Shown here: positions 8,568-17,922 of the stretch, in pieces
Numbering within the stretch: the stretch's first letter is position 1
Layout: each line of letters starts with the position of its first letter
Source: Fidelibacterota bacterium
GTDB taxonomy: Bacteria; Fidelibacterota; Marinisomatia; Marinisomatales; TCS55
DNA: 64,000 nt
Assembly: GCA_046861385.1 (NCBI GenBank)
Contig: JBHHTW010000003.1
Span: 64,001-128,000, forward strand
Reading direction: 5' to 3'
The notes under the pieces: model-generated
Told to the model about the DNA's origin: nothing
The model's input: only the letters and a program-made list of their open reading frames with translations
The model's database searches: none
Translations under genes and position numbers: made by a program

Positions 8568-11489
8568 ATGAAAAAAACTTTCAAAATTTTACTTAATATT
8601 TCTTTTTTACTATTCCTGGCTGGCTGTTCCGGTTCGGGTCAATCCCTGGTACAGTCATCCTGGGCAGAACAAACATTGAATCAATTGACTCTACGGGAAA
8701 AAATTGCACAAATGATGGTTTACCACATGAACATGCGCTTTTTAAATGAAGAAGACCCAAAATGGAAAGAGTTAAAATCACTTCTGGAAACAGACGGAAT
8801 CGGTGGCATACATATTTGGTTTGGTGATGCCGGAACTTCCTTAACACTTCTTAATGAAATACAACGACTGTCAAAAGTCCCAATACTGGTAGATGCAGAT
8901 ATTGAATATGGCCTTCATCGACGGTTTCCTGCTGGAACGGACTTACCACCCCTCATGGCCATTGCTGCTACCGGGAGCACAAAATACGCGTATGAAGCAG
9001 GGAAAATATCGGCATTGGAAGGAAGGGCATTGGGAATCCAGTGGAATTTTTCACCCGTTACTGATGTCAATAATAATCCAAATAACCCCATTATAAATAC
9101 ACGTTCCTTCGGTGAAGACCCGGATGATGTCGGAAAATATGCTGTGCAGTTTATGAAAGGTCTGCAGGACAATGGTATGTTATCTACAGCAAAACACTTC
9201 CCCGGTCACGGAGACACAGAAACCGACTCCCACACAAGCCTGGCCACTATTCCCAGCGATTCATCCCGTTTATGGTCATTGGAATTAAAACCATTTCAAA
9301 CTGTGATTGATGCCGGAGTGGATGCGGTCATGGTGGCTCATGTTCATTCACCTGATTTCCAGCCCAATGCAAATCTGCCGGCCACTTTATCCAGATTCTG
9401 GGTTACCGATGTTCTTCGGGAGAAGATGGGTTTTAAAGGTGTCATTGTGACTGATTCTATGGGAATGGGTGGCGTCACCAGAAATTACTCAGACCCTTAT
9501 GCTTTGATCCATGCTATCAATGCTGGCTGTGATTTTATTCTGCAAAATTTTAATGTAAAAAAATCAATTGATGCAGTAGAAAATGCAGTCCAAAGGGGAA
9601 TCATATTGGAAGATCGAATTAATGATTCCGCTTTAAAAATGCTGAAAATGAAAGAAAAAGTGGGTTTGCATGAACAGCCTTATATTTCTATGGATGAAAC
9701 CAGAAAAATTCTGGGAAACCACCAGTTTAAACGAACAGCAGATAAAATGGCTTCCCGATCCATTACTTTGGTGAAGAATGAGAATTCATTTTTACCATTA
9801 AGCGTTGATGAAAATGAAGAAATTATCATTATTGATATTTATGATACTCCCAATAATCATGATGAATCGATCATGACAGCAAGAATAAAACAAAATGGAT
9901 TAAAAGTCAGATCATTTCAGGTTGATGAGTCAGACAGTAATTCCTATTATAAATCGATCCTGGAAACCATACCGGATAATGCAAAAATTATTGTAAATGC
10001 ATTTGCAAGTCCTTCAGCAAGGAAAAATCGAATATTTCTACCTGAACACCAAATGGAATTTATCCGTACATTAAATCGGATGTCAAAACGGATTCTTCTG
10101 ATTAGTTTTGGAAATCCTTATTTGATTCAGGGATTCCCTGAATCTCCGGCTTATGTCTGTGCTTGGAAGGGAAGTTTGATTATGCAAAATGCTATGGTTC
10201 AAACATTGCTTGGAAGGAATGGTTTTTCCGGCATACTACCCATAACCATTCCGGACATTGCGCAGAAGGGGTTTGGAATCCCATTAAAGCAGGATTCCCT
10301 AAAATTGGAATGGACTATTTCTATTCCAGGAACAGTAATTCAACATATTATGCCTTACGAAATGGACATTGATACTAAAGAGGTAAATACATTCCTTCAA
10401 GCAGCCGTTGCGGATTCCGCATGGCCTGGCGCAGTGTTAATTGCAGGAAAGGACGGAAAAATATTTATTCATGAGGCTGTGGGATACCATACATACAAAG
10501 GAAAACAAAAAACACAGAAATCGGATATTTTTGACCTGGCATCGATCACTAAAGTGATTGCCACTACATCAGCCATTATGAAATTGGTGGAATCCGGTGC
10601 GCTTGACCTGGATGAAAAAGTGGTAACATATCTTCCGGAATTCAAGGGGAAACAAACAAAATATTTTAAACAAAAAAGTGAAACTAGTATAAAGAATTTG
10701 TTAACCCACACAGCCGGTCTCCCACCTTTTAAACAATATTATCTCATGAATGGAGATATCCATTCGCGGCTGGACAGTGTATTTAACACAGAGCCGATTC
10801 TAGGGTTGGCGGAAAAGACGGTTTATTCGGATATTGGTCTGATTACTTTGGGAAAAGTGATTGAAAGGGTGAGTGGATCTACACTGGATGAATGGGTGGA
10901 TTCTCTTGTGTTCCGGCCATTGGGAATGAATACAACCTTTTTTAATCCACCGCGTGAAAAACTTCATCGAATTGTTCCAACAGAAATAGTCGATGGATAT
11001 CGTAAAGGATTAATTCATGGGGAAGTCCACGATGAAAATTCCTTTAGTTTGGGTGGTATTACCGGGCATGCAGGACTTTTTTCCACGGCAGAAGATTTGG
11101 CAATTTTTTCCCAAATGATGCTTAATGGAGGATTATATGATTTTCACCGGATATTTGAAGAAGAAACAGTAAATTCATTCACCACGAAAGCCAATGTGGT
11201 AGAAGGCAGTTCGCGGTGTCTCGGTTGGGATAGCCCGGAAGGAAAAGCATCTGGTGGTGTGTACCTGAGTGATAACAGTTTTGGTCATACTGGATATACA
11301 GGAACATCATTATGGATTGATCCGGAAAACCAAATGTTTGTTATTCTACTGACGAATGCGGTCCATCCAAACCGTTCTTGGAAAGATCCAAAATATTATG
11401 ATTGGAGGCAACTGATTCATTCAGCTGTTTACACAGCGGTTGGAATTACTGAAAAAAATCCTAAACTAGATTGGAGAAAAGATTGGTGA
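8568..11489 (+). CDS. Lipoprotein: GH3 beta-N-acetylglucosaminidase (NagZ-type) fused to a beta-lactamase-fold serine hydrolase (AmiE-like amidase)
   Basis: Lipobox FLAGC; KHFPGHGDTETDSH, VIVTDSMGM; C-terminal FDLASITK (SxxK), LLTHTAG, YSDIG, GHAGLFST, FGHTGYTG. Confidence 0.93.
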   Translation: MKKTFKILLNISFLLFLAGCSGSGQSLVQSSWAEQTLNQLTLREKIAQMMVYHMNMRFLNEEDPKWKELKSLLETDGIGGIHIWFGDAGTSLTLLNEIQRLSKVPILVDADIEYGLHRRFPAGTDLPPLMAIAATGSTKYAYEAGKISALEGRALGIQWNFSPVTDVNNNPNNPIINTRSFGEDPDDVGKYAVQFMKGLQDNGMLSTAKHFPGHGDTETDSHTSLATIPSDSSRLWSLELKPFQTVIDAGVDAVMVAHVHSPDFQPNANLPATLSRFWVTDVLREKMGFKGVIVTDSMGMGGVTRNYSDPYALIHAINAGCDFILQNFNVKKSIDAVENAVQRGIILEDRINDSALKMLKMKEKVGLHEQPYISMDETRKILGNHQFKRTADKMASRSITLVKNENSFLPLSVDENEEIIIIDIYDTPNNHDESIMTARIKQNGLKVRSFQVDESDSNSYYKSILETIPDNAKIIVNAFASPSARKNRIFLPEHQMEFIRTLNRMSKRILLISFGNPYLIQGFPESPAYVCAWKGSLIMQNAMVQTLLGRNGFSGILPITIPDIAQKGFGIPLKQDSLKLEWTISIPGTVIQHIMPYEMDIDTKEVNTFLQAAVADSAWPGAVLIAGKDGKIFIHEAVGYHTYKGKQKTQKSDIFDLASITKVIATTSAIMKLVESGALDLDEKVVTYLPEFKGKQTKYFKQKSETSIKNLLTHTAGLPPFKQYYLMNGDIHSRLDSVFNTEPILGLAEKTVYSDIGLITLGKVIERVSGSTLDEWVDSLVFRPLGMNTTFFNPPREKLHRIVPTEIVDGYRKGLIHGEVHDENSFSLGGITGHAGLFSTAEDLAIFSQMMLNGGLYDFHRIFEEETVNSFTTKANVVEGSSRCLGWDSPEGKASGGVYLSDNSFGHTGYTGTSLWIDPENQMFVILLTNAVHPNRSWKDPKYYDWRQLIHSAVYTAVGITEKNPKLDWRKDW

Positions 11490-11546
11490 TTGGTAGAGTA
11501 GTAACTAGTGGATTGGTGAGTAGTGGATTGGTTGTTGGTGGAATAG
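11481..11546 (+). repeat. Degenerate 7-8 nt tandem repeat array (GATTGGT/GAGTAGT)
   Basis: gattggt gattggt agagtagt aactagt ggattggt gagtagt ggattggt tgttggt ggaatag. Confidence 0.85.
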
Positions 11547-11567
11547 AAACTCGTAGAGAGGTAAGCG

Positions 11568-11855
11568 GTGAAGTTTAAAGATATTGAAGTAACTAAAACT
11601 GGTTTTATAAGTGAGCCGGATCGATTTAGGTTAGATGATTTTGAAGTCTATAAACTGGCTCATAGGTTTAGAAAGAAATTATCTCCAATGATAAATCAAT
11701 TACCTGAAAAGGAAAAATACAAATTAACAAGCCAAATGCGTGATGCAATCATTTCAGTGACCAATAATATTGCAGAAGCACATGGACGTTGGCATTATAA
11801 AGAATCAATGCTTATTTCAATAACCAAAAAAGTCAAAATAACAAATAACCAATGA
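11568..11855 (+). pseudogene. Four-helix-bundle protein (TIGR02436/23S-IVP-like), internally deleted and frameshifted
   Basis: DFEVYKLA...LPEKEKYKLTSQMRDAIISVTNNIAEAHGR matches the family; the middle ARGS-type helix is absent; a family-like tail INAYFNNQKSQNNK* lies in another frame at 11804-11848. Confidence 0.75.
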
Positions 11856-11945
11856 ATACTCACCAGTTACCACTCGCCAGTTACCGCTCACCAGCTACCG
11901 CTCACCACTCACCAGTATTATTATTTTTTACTTTTTACTTTTTAC
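11840..11945 (+). repeat. Heptamer tandem array (CACCAGT/TACCGCT, then TTTTTAC x3); first part inverted relative to 11481-11546
   Basis: aacaaat aaccaat gaatact caccagt taccact cgccagt taccgct caccagc taccgct caccact caccagt ... tttttac tttttac tttttac. Confidence 0.87.
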
Positions 11946-12733
11946 TTACCATTGGATATTCGAATCAGGACAATTGGGTGAGTTCGCTGCCAAAACCCTG
12001 GAGTTTAAATGAAGAGCAAATATCAGAAATTTTACCCCAATTTTATCAGCATTATCCCGATTTTCATGACCGCCTTAAAGCATTTGCCGTGTGGCAAGTG
12101 GGTAAACCGTACGAAATATATAAACTGGGAGATGAAGTCGAACCGGATCCTGATCCTATCATCAGGCTGGATGTTTCTGATTGTACCGTTCACGTATTGA
12201 CCAGCCTGGCCTTTTCCCAGAGTAAATCCTGGGAGGAAGCCAGATCCAATATGATAGCAATCCATTATAAAGATGGAATTCCATCTTATAAATCACGGTG
12301 GCATTATACCACTGACCGTATTCAGGAAAATCCATCTACGGTTAATATTACAGAAAAATTATTGGATAAAAACCAGTTGGAAAAAATTAACATTACTCTG
12401 AATAAAAAAGAAGATGACAGTGAATTTCTGGACTTGGATTGGGAGAAAAATACTTCTGTTTATTTTATACCGAATCAAGAAATCAATAAACAACTATTAA
12501 AAAAACTTCCGGAAGTTTGCGGTGTTGCATTTGTCAGGATAAAATATTTTAAAATTGGGATTGTAATTGCCCACGAAGGAATGATCATTGATCAACAAAA
12601 TCTGGTTCATGCATCATCGGAATATGGTGAAACTGTCAGTGTGGACTTTATGAAATATTATTTTAGGGATGATGGTCCAGTTTTTGACGGTATTATGATC
12701 TATTCATTTCATCCATTATCAGGGATCAAATGA
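11852..12733 (+). CDS. DUF1460 / NlpC-P60-like N-acetylmuramoyl-L-alanine amidase
   Basis: VGKPY, RLDVSDCTVHV (catalytic Cys), RWHYTTD, IAHEG (His), VHASS. Confidence 0.85.
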   Translation: MNTHQLPLASYRSPATAHHSPVLLFFTFYFLLTIGYSNQDNWVSSLPKPWSLNEEQISEILPQFYQHYPDFHDRLKAFAVWQVGKPYEIYKLGDEVEPDPDPIIRLDVSDCTVHVLTSLAFSQSKSWEEARSNMIAIHYKDGIPSYKSRWHYTTDRIQENPSTVNITEKLLDKNQLEKINITLNKKEDDSEFLDLDWEKNTSVYFIPNQEINKQLLKKLPEVCGVAFVRIKYFKIGIVIAHEGMIIDQQNLVHASSEYGETVSVDFMKYYFRDDGPVFDGIMIYSFHPLSGIK

Positions 12734-15048
12734 TGAAATCAAGTGTAGAGAAATGTTTTTTAGAAAGATCAAATTACATTCAACAGAATACAAAAATACC
12801 TTATATAGTTGTCGAGAATTTCCCAAGACTCGGATTATTAACGTCTTTAAGATTTCTGGAATGGGTCAGTCACCATCCGGAAGGTGTTATCAGCCTACCC
12901 ACAGGAAAAACTCCTGAATTTTTCATCAAATGGACTCAACATATTCTGGATAAATGGTCTGATAAAAAAATAGAACGAATTCGTAAGAGTAACGGACTCG
13001 AAATAAATCAAAAACCGAACATGAGCAGACTTAAATTTGTGCAGATCGACGAGTTTTATCCTATTAATCCCAGGCAGCACAATAGTTTTTATAATTATGT
13101 TCAGCGCTTTTATGTATCAGAATTTGGCCTTGATGCCACTCGAGGACTATTTATGAATTGTGATGATATTCCAACTGGGGATGGGAAATCATTAATGGAG
13201 ATATTTCCTGATCAAAAAGTGGATTTATCACTCCGATACAGAGAACCGAAGTCTGAATCAGAAAAGAATCAGCAGGATACAATTTTTCTCGTAGATCAAT
13301 GGTGTACTGAATATGAATCAGCGATCCGGGAAATGGGAGGAATCGGTTTTTTCCTGGGGGGAATTGGTCCTGATGGACATATTGCCTTTAATGTTCGTGG
13401 TTCAGATCATCATTCAACGACCCGACTCATGGAAACAAATTTTGAGACCCAAGCGACTGCCTCCACTGATTTAGGCGGTATCGATATTGCCAAAAGCCGT
13501 TTGGTAATCACCATTGGTTTATCCAGTATTACTGCTAAACAAAATGTAACAGCTATTATTATGGCAGCCGGTGAAGCCAAAGCAGAAATAGTAAAAAAAT
13601 CATTAGAAATGGATCAGAATATTCAATATCCCGCCACTGTTTTACAATTATTGGAAAACAGTCGATTCTACTTAACACAGGGAGCTGCATGTCGATTAAA
13701 TGATGTGACTGATTATCATTTATCACATGATCCGTGGACGAAGGAAAATACAGAGAGGGTGGTTGTAAATCTCTGTCAAAAACTAAATAAGTTCGGTCAT
13801 AGACTCAGTGTAGAAGATTTTAAAGATGATTCTGTAGGGTTGCTCATAAAGGATATTGATGAAACGATAGTTCCCACTGTCATTCAGTCGTTTCGCAGCA
13901 AGTTAGAAAAAGCAATTCATGTTCCGGATGGCGAAACTTTTTTACATACTGGGCCTCACCACGATGATATTATGCTGGGTTATTTACCCCATATTATTCA
14001 TTTAGTGCGGTCTCCGAAAAATAGAAACTACTTCGCGAATTTAACTTCGGGATTTACTTCTGTTACTAATCGATACCTCGCGGATGTATTGAAGGAAACA
14101 GCAAAATTATTAACTGCTGGTAGAATTGAAATGACTGATTTTACAGATTTTTTTGAAAAAGGATACAATCGAAAACGAGATAAAGATGTATATCATTATC
14201 TAGACCGGATCGCTGAAGGGAATACTCAAGGACAAAAAAGAGGATTAAGCCATCGCATCGTTCGAGCCCTTGTTGAAATCCATTCCATAAAATCCAAAGA
14301 TGAATTAATTCAAAAAATTAATGAATCCGAATCCTATTTAAAAACATGCTATGATGGTCAAAAAAATCCCGAAAATATTCAAAAGCTAAAAGGGATGATT
14401 CGCGAATTTGAAGAAGAATTGGTGTGGGCTCATTACGGCGTTCAGGTCAAAGATGTTCATCATTTACGATTGGGATTCTATCAGGGAGATATTTTCACAG
14501 AGACGCCGGAAAAAACACGGGATGTTGAACCTATTTTAGCCCTTTTAAAGAAATTAAACCCAACAGTAATTACTCTAGCGTTAGATCCGGAAGGAAGTGG
14601 TCCCGACACTCATTATAAAGTATTGCAAGCCATTGCTGAAGCGGTGCGTTTATGGGGAAAAGAAACCGATTTAACTCATTTGAAGATTTGGGGTTATCGC
14701 AATGTCTGGTATCGATTTAGCCCGTGGGAAGCGGATATAATTGTTCCTGTTTCACTCAACTCCATGGCCATGCTCCGCGATACATTTATGAATTGTTATT
14801 TAAGCCAAAAGGATGCGTCTTTCCCCAGTTACGAATTGGATGGTCCTTTCTGTGATTTAACTCAAAAAATTTGGTATGAACAGCATAAGCTAATGGAATT
14901 AGTCTTGGGCAGGGATTTTTGGTACCAGAATGAACACCCCAGGTTGCGAGCAACCCACGGTCTGGTTTACCTGCGAGAATTGTCTGTCGAACAATTTTTG
15001 AGCGAAGCCAGACGATTAGAAAAATCAATCGAAGGTGAGATCGATTAA
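12730..15048 (+). CDS. nagB: Long-form glucosamine-6-phosphate deaminase with C-terminal PIG-L/LmbE-like domain
   Basis: LPTGKTP, QIDEFYP, LGGIGPDGHIAFN, ITIGL, AAGEAKA; C-terminal GPHHDDIMLG and GPDTH. Confidence 0.85.
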   Translation: MMKSSVEKCFLERSNYIQQNTKIPYIVVENFPRLGLLTSLRFLEWVSHHPEGVISLPTGKTPEFFIKWTQHILDKWSDKKIERIRKSNGLEINQKPNMSRLKFVQIDEFYPINPRQHNSFYNYVQRFYVSEFGLDATRGLFMNCDDIPTGDGKSLMEIFPDQKVDLSLRYREPKSESEKNQQDTIFLVDQWCTEYESAIREMGGIGFFLGGIGPDGHIAFNVRGSDHHSTTRLMETNFETQATASTDLGGIDIAKSRLVITIGLSSITAKQNVTAIIMAAGEAKAEIVKKSLEMDQNIQYPATVLQLLENSRFYLTQGAACRLNDVTDYHLSHDPWTKENTERVVVNLCQKLNKFGHRLSVEDFKDDSVGLLIKDIDETIVPTVIQSFRSKLEKAIHVPDGETFLHTGPHHDDIMLGYLPHIIHLVRSPKNRNYFANLTSGFTSVTNRYLADVLKETAKLLTAGRIEMTDFTDFFEKGYNRKRDKDVYHYLDRIAEGNTQGQKRGLSHRIVRALVEIHSIKSKDELIQKINESESYLKTCYDGQKNPENIQKLKGMIREFEEELVWAHYGVQVKDVHHLRLGFYQGDIFTETPEKTRDVEPILALLKKLNPTVITLALDPEGSGPDTHYKVLQAIAEAVRLWGKETDLTHLKIWGYRNVWYRFSPWEADIIVPVSLNSMAMLRDTFMNCYLSQKDASFPSYELDGPFCDLTQKIWYEQHKLMELVLGRDFWYQNEHPRLRATHGLVYLRELSVEQFLSEARRLEKSIEGEID

Positions 15049-15080
15049 TATTTTTCAATTTATTTATAATCGTTTATAAA

Positions 15081-15683
15081 ATGTCTTTTAAAATACGCTG
15101 TTATCGCCCTGATGATTTTAATGCTATTTATAAAATTTGTCTTGAAACGGGCGATAGTGGAAAAGATGCCACAGAACTGTTCAACGATCCGGATCTTCTG
15201 GGCCATTTATATTCAGGACCCTATGTTATCCTTGAGCCGGAGTCGGCATTCATATTAGAAGATGCCATGGGTCCCTGTGGCTATATTATTGGGGCGTTGG
15301 ACTCAGAATCATTCTATAAGAAAATGAATGACTTATGGCTGCCTCAAATCCGTAAAAAATATACAGATCCGAAACCGGGTTTAACCCAATGGACGAAAGA
15401 TGAAGAATTGATTCATCATTTATTCCATCCGAAGGAGCCAGTCATTTTGCCGGACTATCCGTCCCATCTTCATATTGATTTATTATCCCGGGCGCAAGGC
15501 CAGGGACAGGGGAAAAAAATGATGGACCATTTCTTTCAATATTTAAAAGTAAATCATTCCAAAGGAATACACCTCGGTCTGAGTATTCATAATAACAGGG
15601 CGTTTCATTTTTATAAACAATACGGAATGACAGAATTATTTCGCAATTCAGACGCCATTATTATGGGGTTTTCTTTTGAGTAA
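15081..15683 (+). CDS. GNAT acetyltransferase resembling the HAT-like domain of metazoan O-GlcNAcase (OgpAT-like)
   Basis: YPSHLHIDLLSRAQGQGQG acetyl-CoA loop, NNRAFHFY..YG, FILEDAMGPCGYIIG. Confidence 0.88.
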   Translation: MSFKIRCYRPDDFNAIYKICLETGDSGKDATELFNDPDLLGHLYSGPYVILEPESAFILEDAMGPCGYIIGALDSESFYKKMNDLWLPQIRKKYTDPKPGLTQWTKDEELIHHLFHPKEPVILPDYPSHLHIDLLSRAQGQGQGKKMMDHFFQYLKVNHSKGIHLGLSIHNNRAFHFYKQYGMTELFRNSDAIIMGFSFE

Positions 15684-17115
15684 TCTTTTCAGGAAGATAT
15701 TATCTTTCGGAAAAGTCCATCCCCTGTTTTCTTTCCTATCCTTTCTGATCGCCGGGTTAAATATCTTTTTCCACATTCCTGTTCAGATTATTAATGCAGT
15801 TACTTTTTTACCGGAAACTCAGTTCAATATTCACATCAGCTGGATCAGAATATTAGTGGAACCCTTTGTGGGTTTTCCTCTCTTCCTCTTACGTTCTAGC
15901 CAAGCCCTCGAAGAATATTTTGTGATTTGGCTGTGGCTGTGTGTCATATTTGGTATTTTACTCATCCTTAGGTGGAAAAATGAATCCTACTTTCAGCCCC
16001 TGAAACTGTTTGTTCTTTCCATTCCTGCCATGGTCGGCATAGCATTATTCGTGTTGGTATGGATGGTTTTCTGGCCTTTGCCTGCAAATCGAATCGTAAA
16101 TCATTCTGAAAATATGATTTTATTCAATGCCCATTCCCATTCCCATTTTAGTCATGATGGGTTAATGATCCCTGAAGAACTGATGAAGTGGCACGAGAAA
16201 AACGGATTTGATGCTTTTTTCCTTACGGAACACAACCATAATCCGGAAACATTGAAGCTGGTTCATCGGCAAGAAACGGGTCAATTATCTCAAACGCCAC
16301 ATATCATAACAGGCATTGAATTCTCCGGAAGTAACCATTTATTATTATTAGGCCTGACAGACACCCTGATTACATTTGGGAAACAGGATACATTTGCCAT
16401 CAATGAAACCCATCGGCAGGGGGGACTGGTTGGCGTCGCCCATTGGTTTGACGGCCAAAAAAAATCATTAACCCACTACTTGGATACCGGTATAGACGGA
16501 TTTGAAATTGCCAATCAAAATTTAATCTCGTACCCGAAAGAAATCCATGATAAAATGGTAAGGTTATGCCGGGAGAATCATTTATTTCTATTAAGTAATG
16601 CTGATTACCACGGTTATGGGCCGACTTGTAATACATGGAATGGGCTGGAAATACCTCATTGGAATGATTTAAACCACCGGAAAAAAACAGAGGTCATCTT
16701 GAAAGGGCTAAAAGAAGGCAAAACAAAAACGTTGTTCTACCATGACCGTGCGAATACGATTCAGGGTAATATTTGGATAAGTCCTTTATATTATTGGTTG
16801 AACTACTTCAGGGGATTGAACGGCTGGCAGCTTTTTTCCTGGCTTCTGTGGAGTCTGTGGATATTGTATAAAAAAATAAATTGCAGTCCCCGGCGCATGA
16901 TGATCTGGATTCCATTCATAGCAGGAATCTCATTATTTATCCAAGGAGAAATACTCCTTTCAAGATCAGGGGATGTCCTGAAAACCAATGAAATTTATTT
17001 AGAATATGGACATTTACTTTTTAATTCAGGATTGGCATTATTCATCGCCGGAGCAATCCTTTTTATCTTATTCAAACGGTTTCCCCAATGGGTCCGAGTG
17101 CCTGATCGTTATTAA
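15676..17115 (+). CDS. Membrane-anchored PHP-family metallophosphoesterase
   Basis: HSHSHFSHDG, LTEHN, GIEFS, AHW, DGFEI, NADYH; N- and C-terminal TM helices; TTG start overlapping the GNAT gene. Confidence 0.82.
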   Translation: MSNLFRKILSFGKVHPLFSFLSFLIAGLNIFFHIPVQIINAVTFLPETQFNIHISWIRILVEPFVGFPLFLLRSSQALEEYFVIWLWLCVIFGILLILRWKNESYFQPLKLFVLSIPAMVGIALFVLVWMVFWPLPANRIVNHSENMILFNAHSHSHFSHDGLMIPEELMKWHEKNGFDAFFLTEHNHNPETLKLVHRQETGQLSQTPHIITGIEFSGSNHLLLLGLTDTLITFGKQDTFAINETHRQGGLVGVAHWFDGQKKSLTHYLDTGIDGFEIANQNLISYPKEIHDKMVRLCRENHLFLLSNADYHGYGPTCNTWNGLEIPHWNDLNHRKKTEVILKGLKEGKTKTLFYHDRANTIQGNIWISPLYYWLNYFRGLNGWQLFSWLLWSLWILYKKINCSPRRMMIWIPFIAGISLFIQGEILLSRSGDVLKTNEIYLEYGHLLFNSGLALFIAGAILFILFKRFPQWVRVPDRY

Positions 17116-17922
17116 TCCACCAACCATTTTTCGTTAAAAACGGCGTGCATGATAGTTTTGCCCTGAGAATTGTGGTAAGTATAAGTCAAATGGAGGTTTC
17201 CATCATTCGTTTGAATCAGTGAAGGGTAAGAAAAACTTTCTGATAAATCATTGGATAACCCGATATGACGTGTTCAACCCCAGGATTTGCCTTCGTCGTC
17301 AGATACAGACACAGCCCAGCTGTTTCGATTGTTTTCCGTGTCATTATACACCATCATCCAATGCTCATTATTTAGAACAATCACTTCCAGGCTGGAACCG
17401 GGGTTTGGAATGTCCGTATCGATAGCGAAAGACCAGGATTCTCCTTCATCGACTGATTGACTAATCATCACCCGTTGGGGAGTACTTCCACCGTCTCTTA
17501 AATAGGCGGTAATGGTTCCATTCTTTTTCACGGCCAATGTCGGTTGAACAGGGCCAAGTCCGATGATCGGAGAACTGGCTCTCCATGATGCCCCTGAATC
17601 GTCACTGATGGCCATGAGAGAGATATTGAACCCATCCGAATACAAGGGAAGTAATATTCTCCCGGAAGAAAGGATAGTGGGATGAATTCGGGTCATCCAA
17701 CCTTTCTGGCGTTTTTCCTGATCAGATGCCGCCTCAGTAATGAGTCTTTCGTAAGGCAAAGCGTACTGGGCCCAAACAGGATCAGTGTAATGATCTTCGA
17801 AGGCTTTTTTAATTAAATGATAAAAAGAATCACCCGGTTTTAATATAATGATATCCTGCCATTCCCATTGGGGGACGCCTTTTTGGTTGTAACGGGTTGA
17901 TGTCTTAACCCTCAGAATTGAA
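17112..17922 (-). pseudogene. BNR/Asp-box sialidase-like protein, N-terminally truncated with an internal TGA
   Basis: Asp boxes SDDSGASW, SVDEGESW, SDDEGKSW. After TGA 17274-17276 the frame continues TRHIGL...FSYPSLIQTNDGNLHLTYTY...FNEKWLVD to TAA 17112-17114. No own start or signal peptide downstream of the 17923 stop. Confidence 0.8.

Noticed and set aside
10350-11489. Beta-lactamase resistance gene
   Set aside because: The SxxK domain is fused to GH3 NagZ within a PG cluster, which fits an AmiE-like amidase/esterase better.
11481-11945. CRISPR array or diversity-generating retroelement (Avd-like gene plus repeats)
   Set aside because: Units are 7-8 nt with no spacers; no cas genes, reverse transcriptase or TR/VR pair was seen in the window.
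17274-17276. In-frame TGA as evidence of stop-codon reassignment or selenocysteine
   Set aside because: Intact genes here end in TGA (e.g. 11489, 12733, 27279) and use TGG for Trp; the gene is also 5'-truncated, so a nonsense mutation is simpler.
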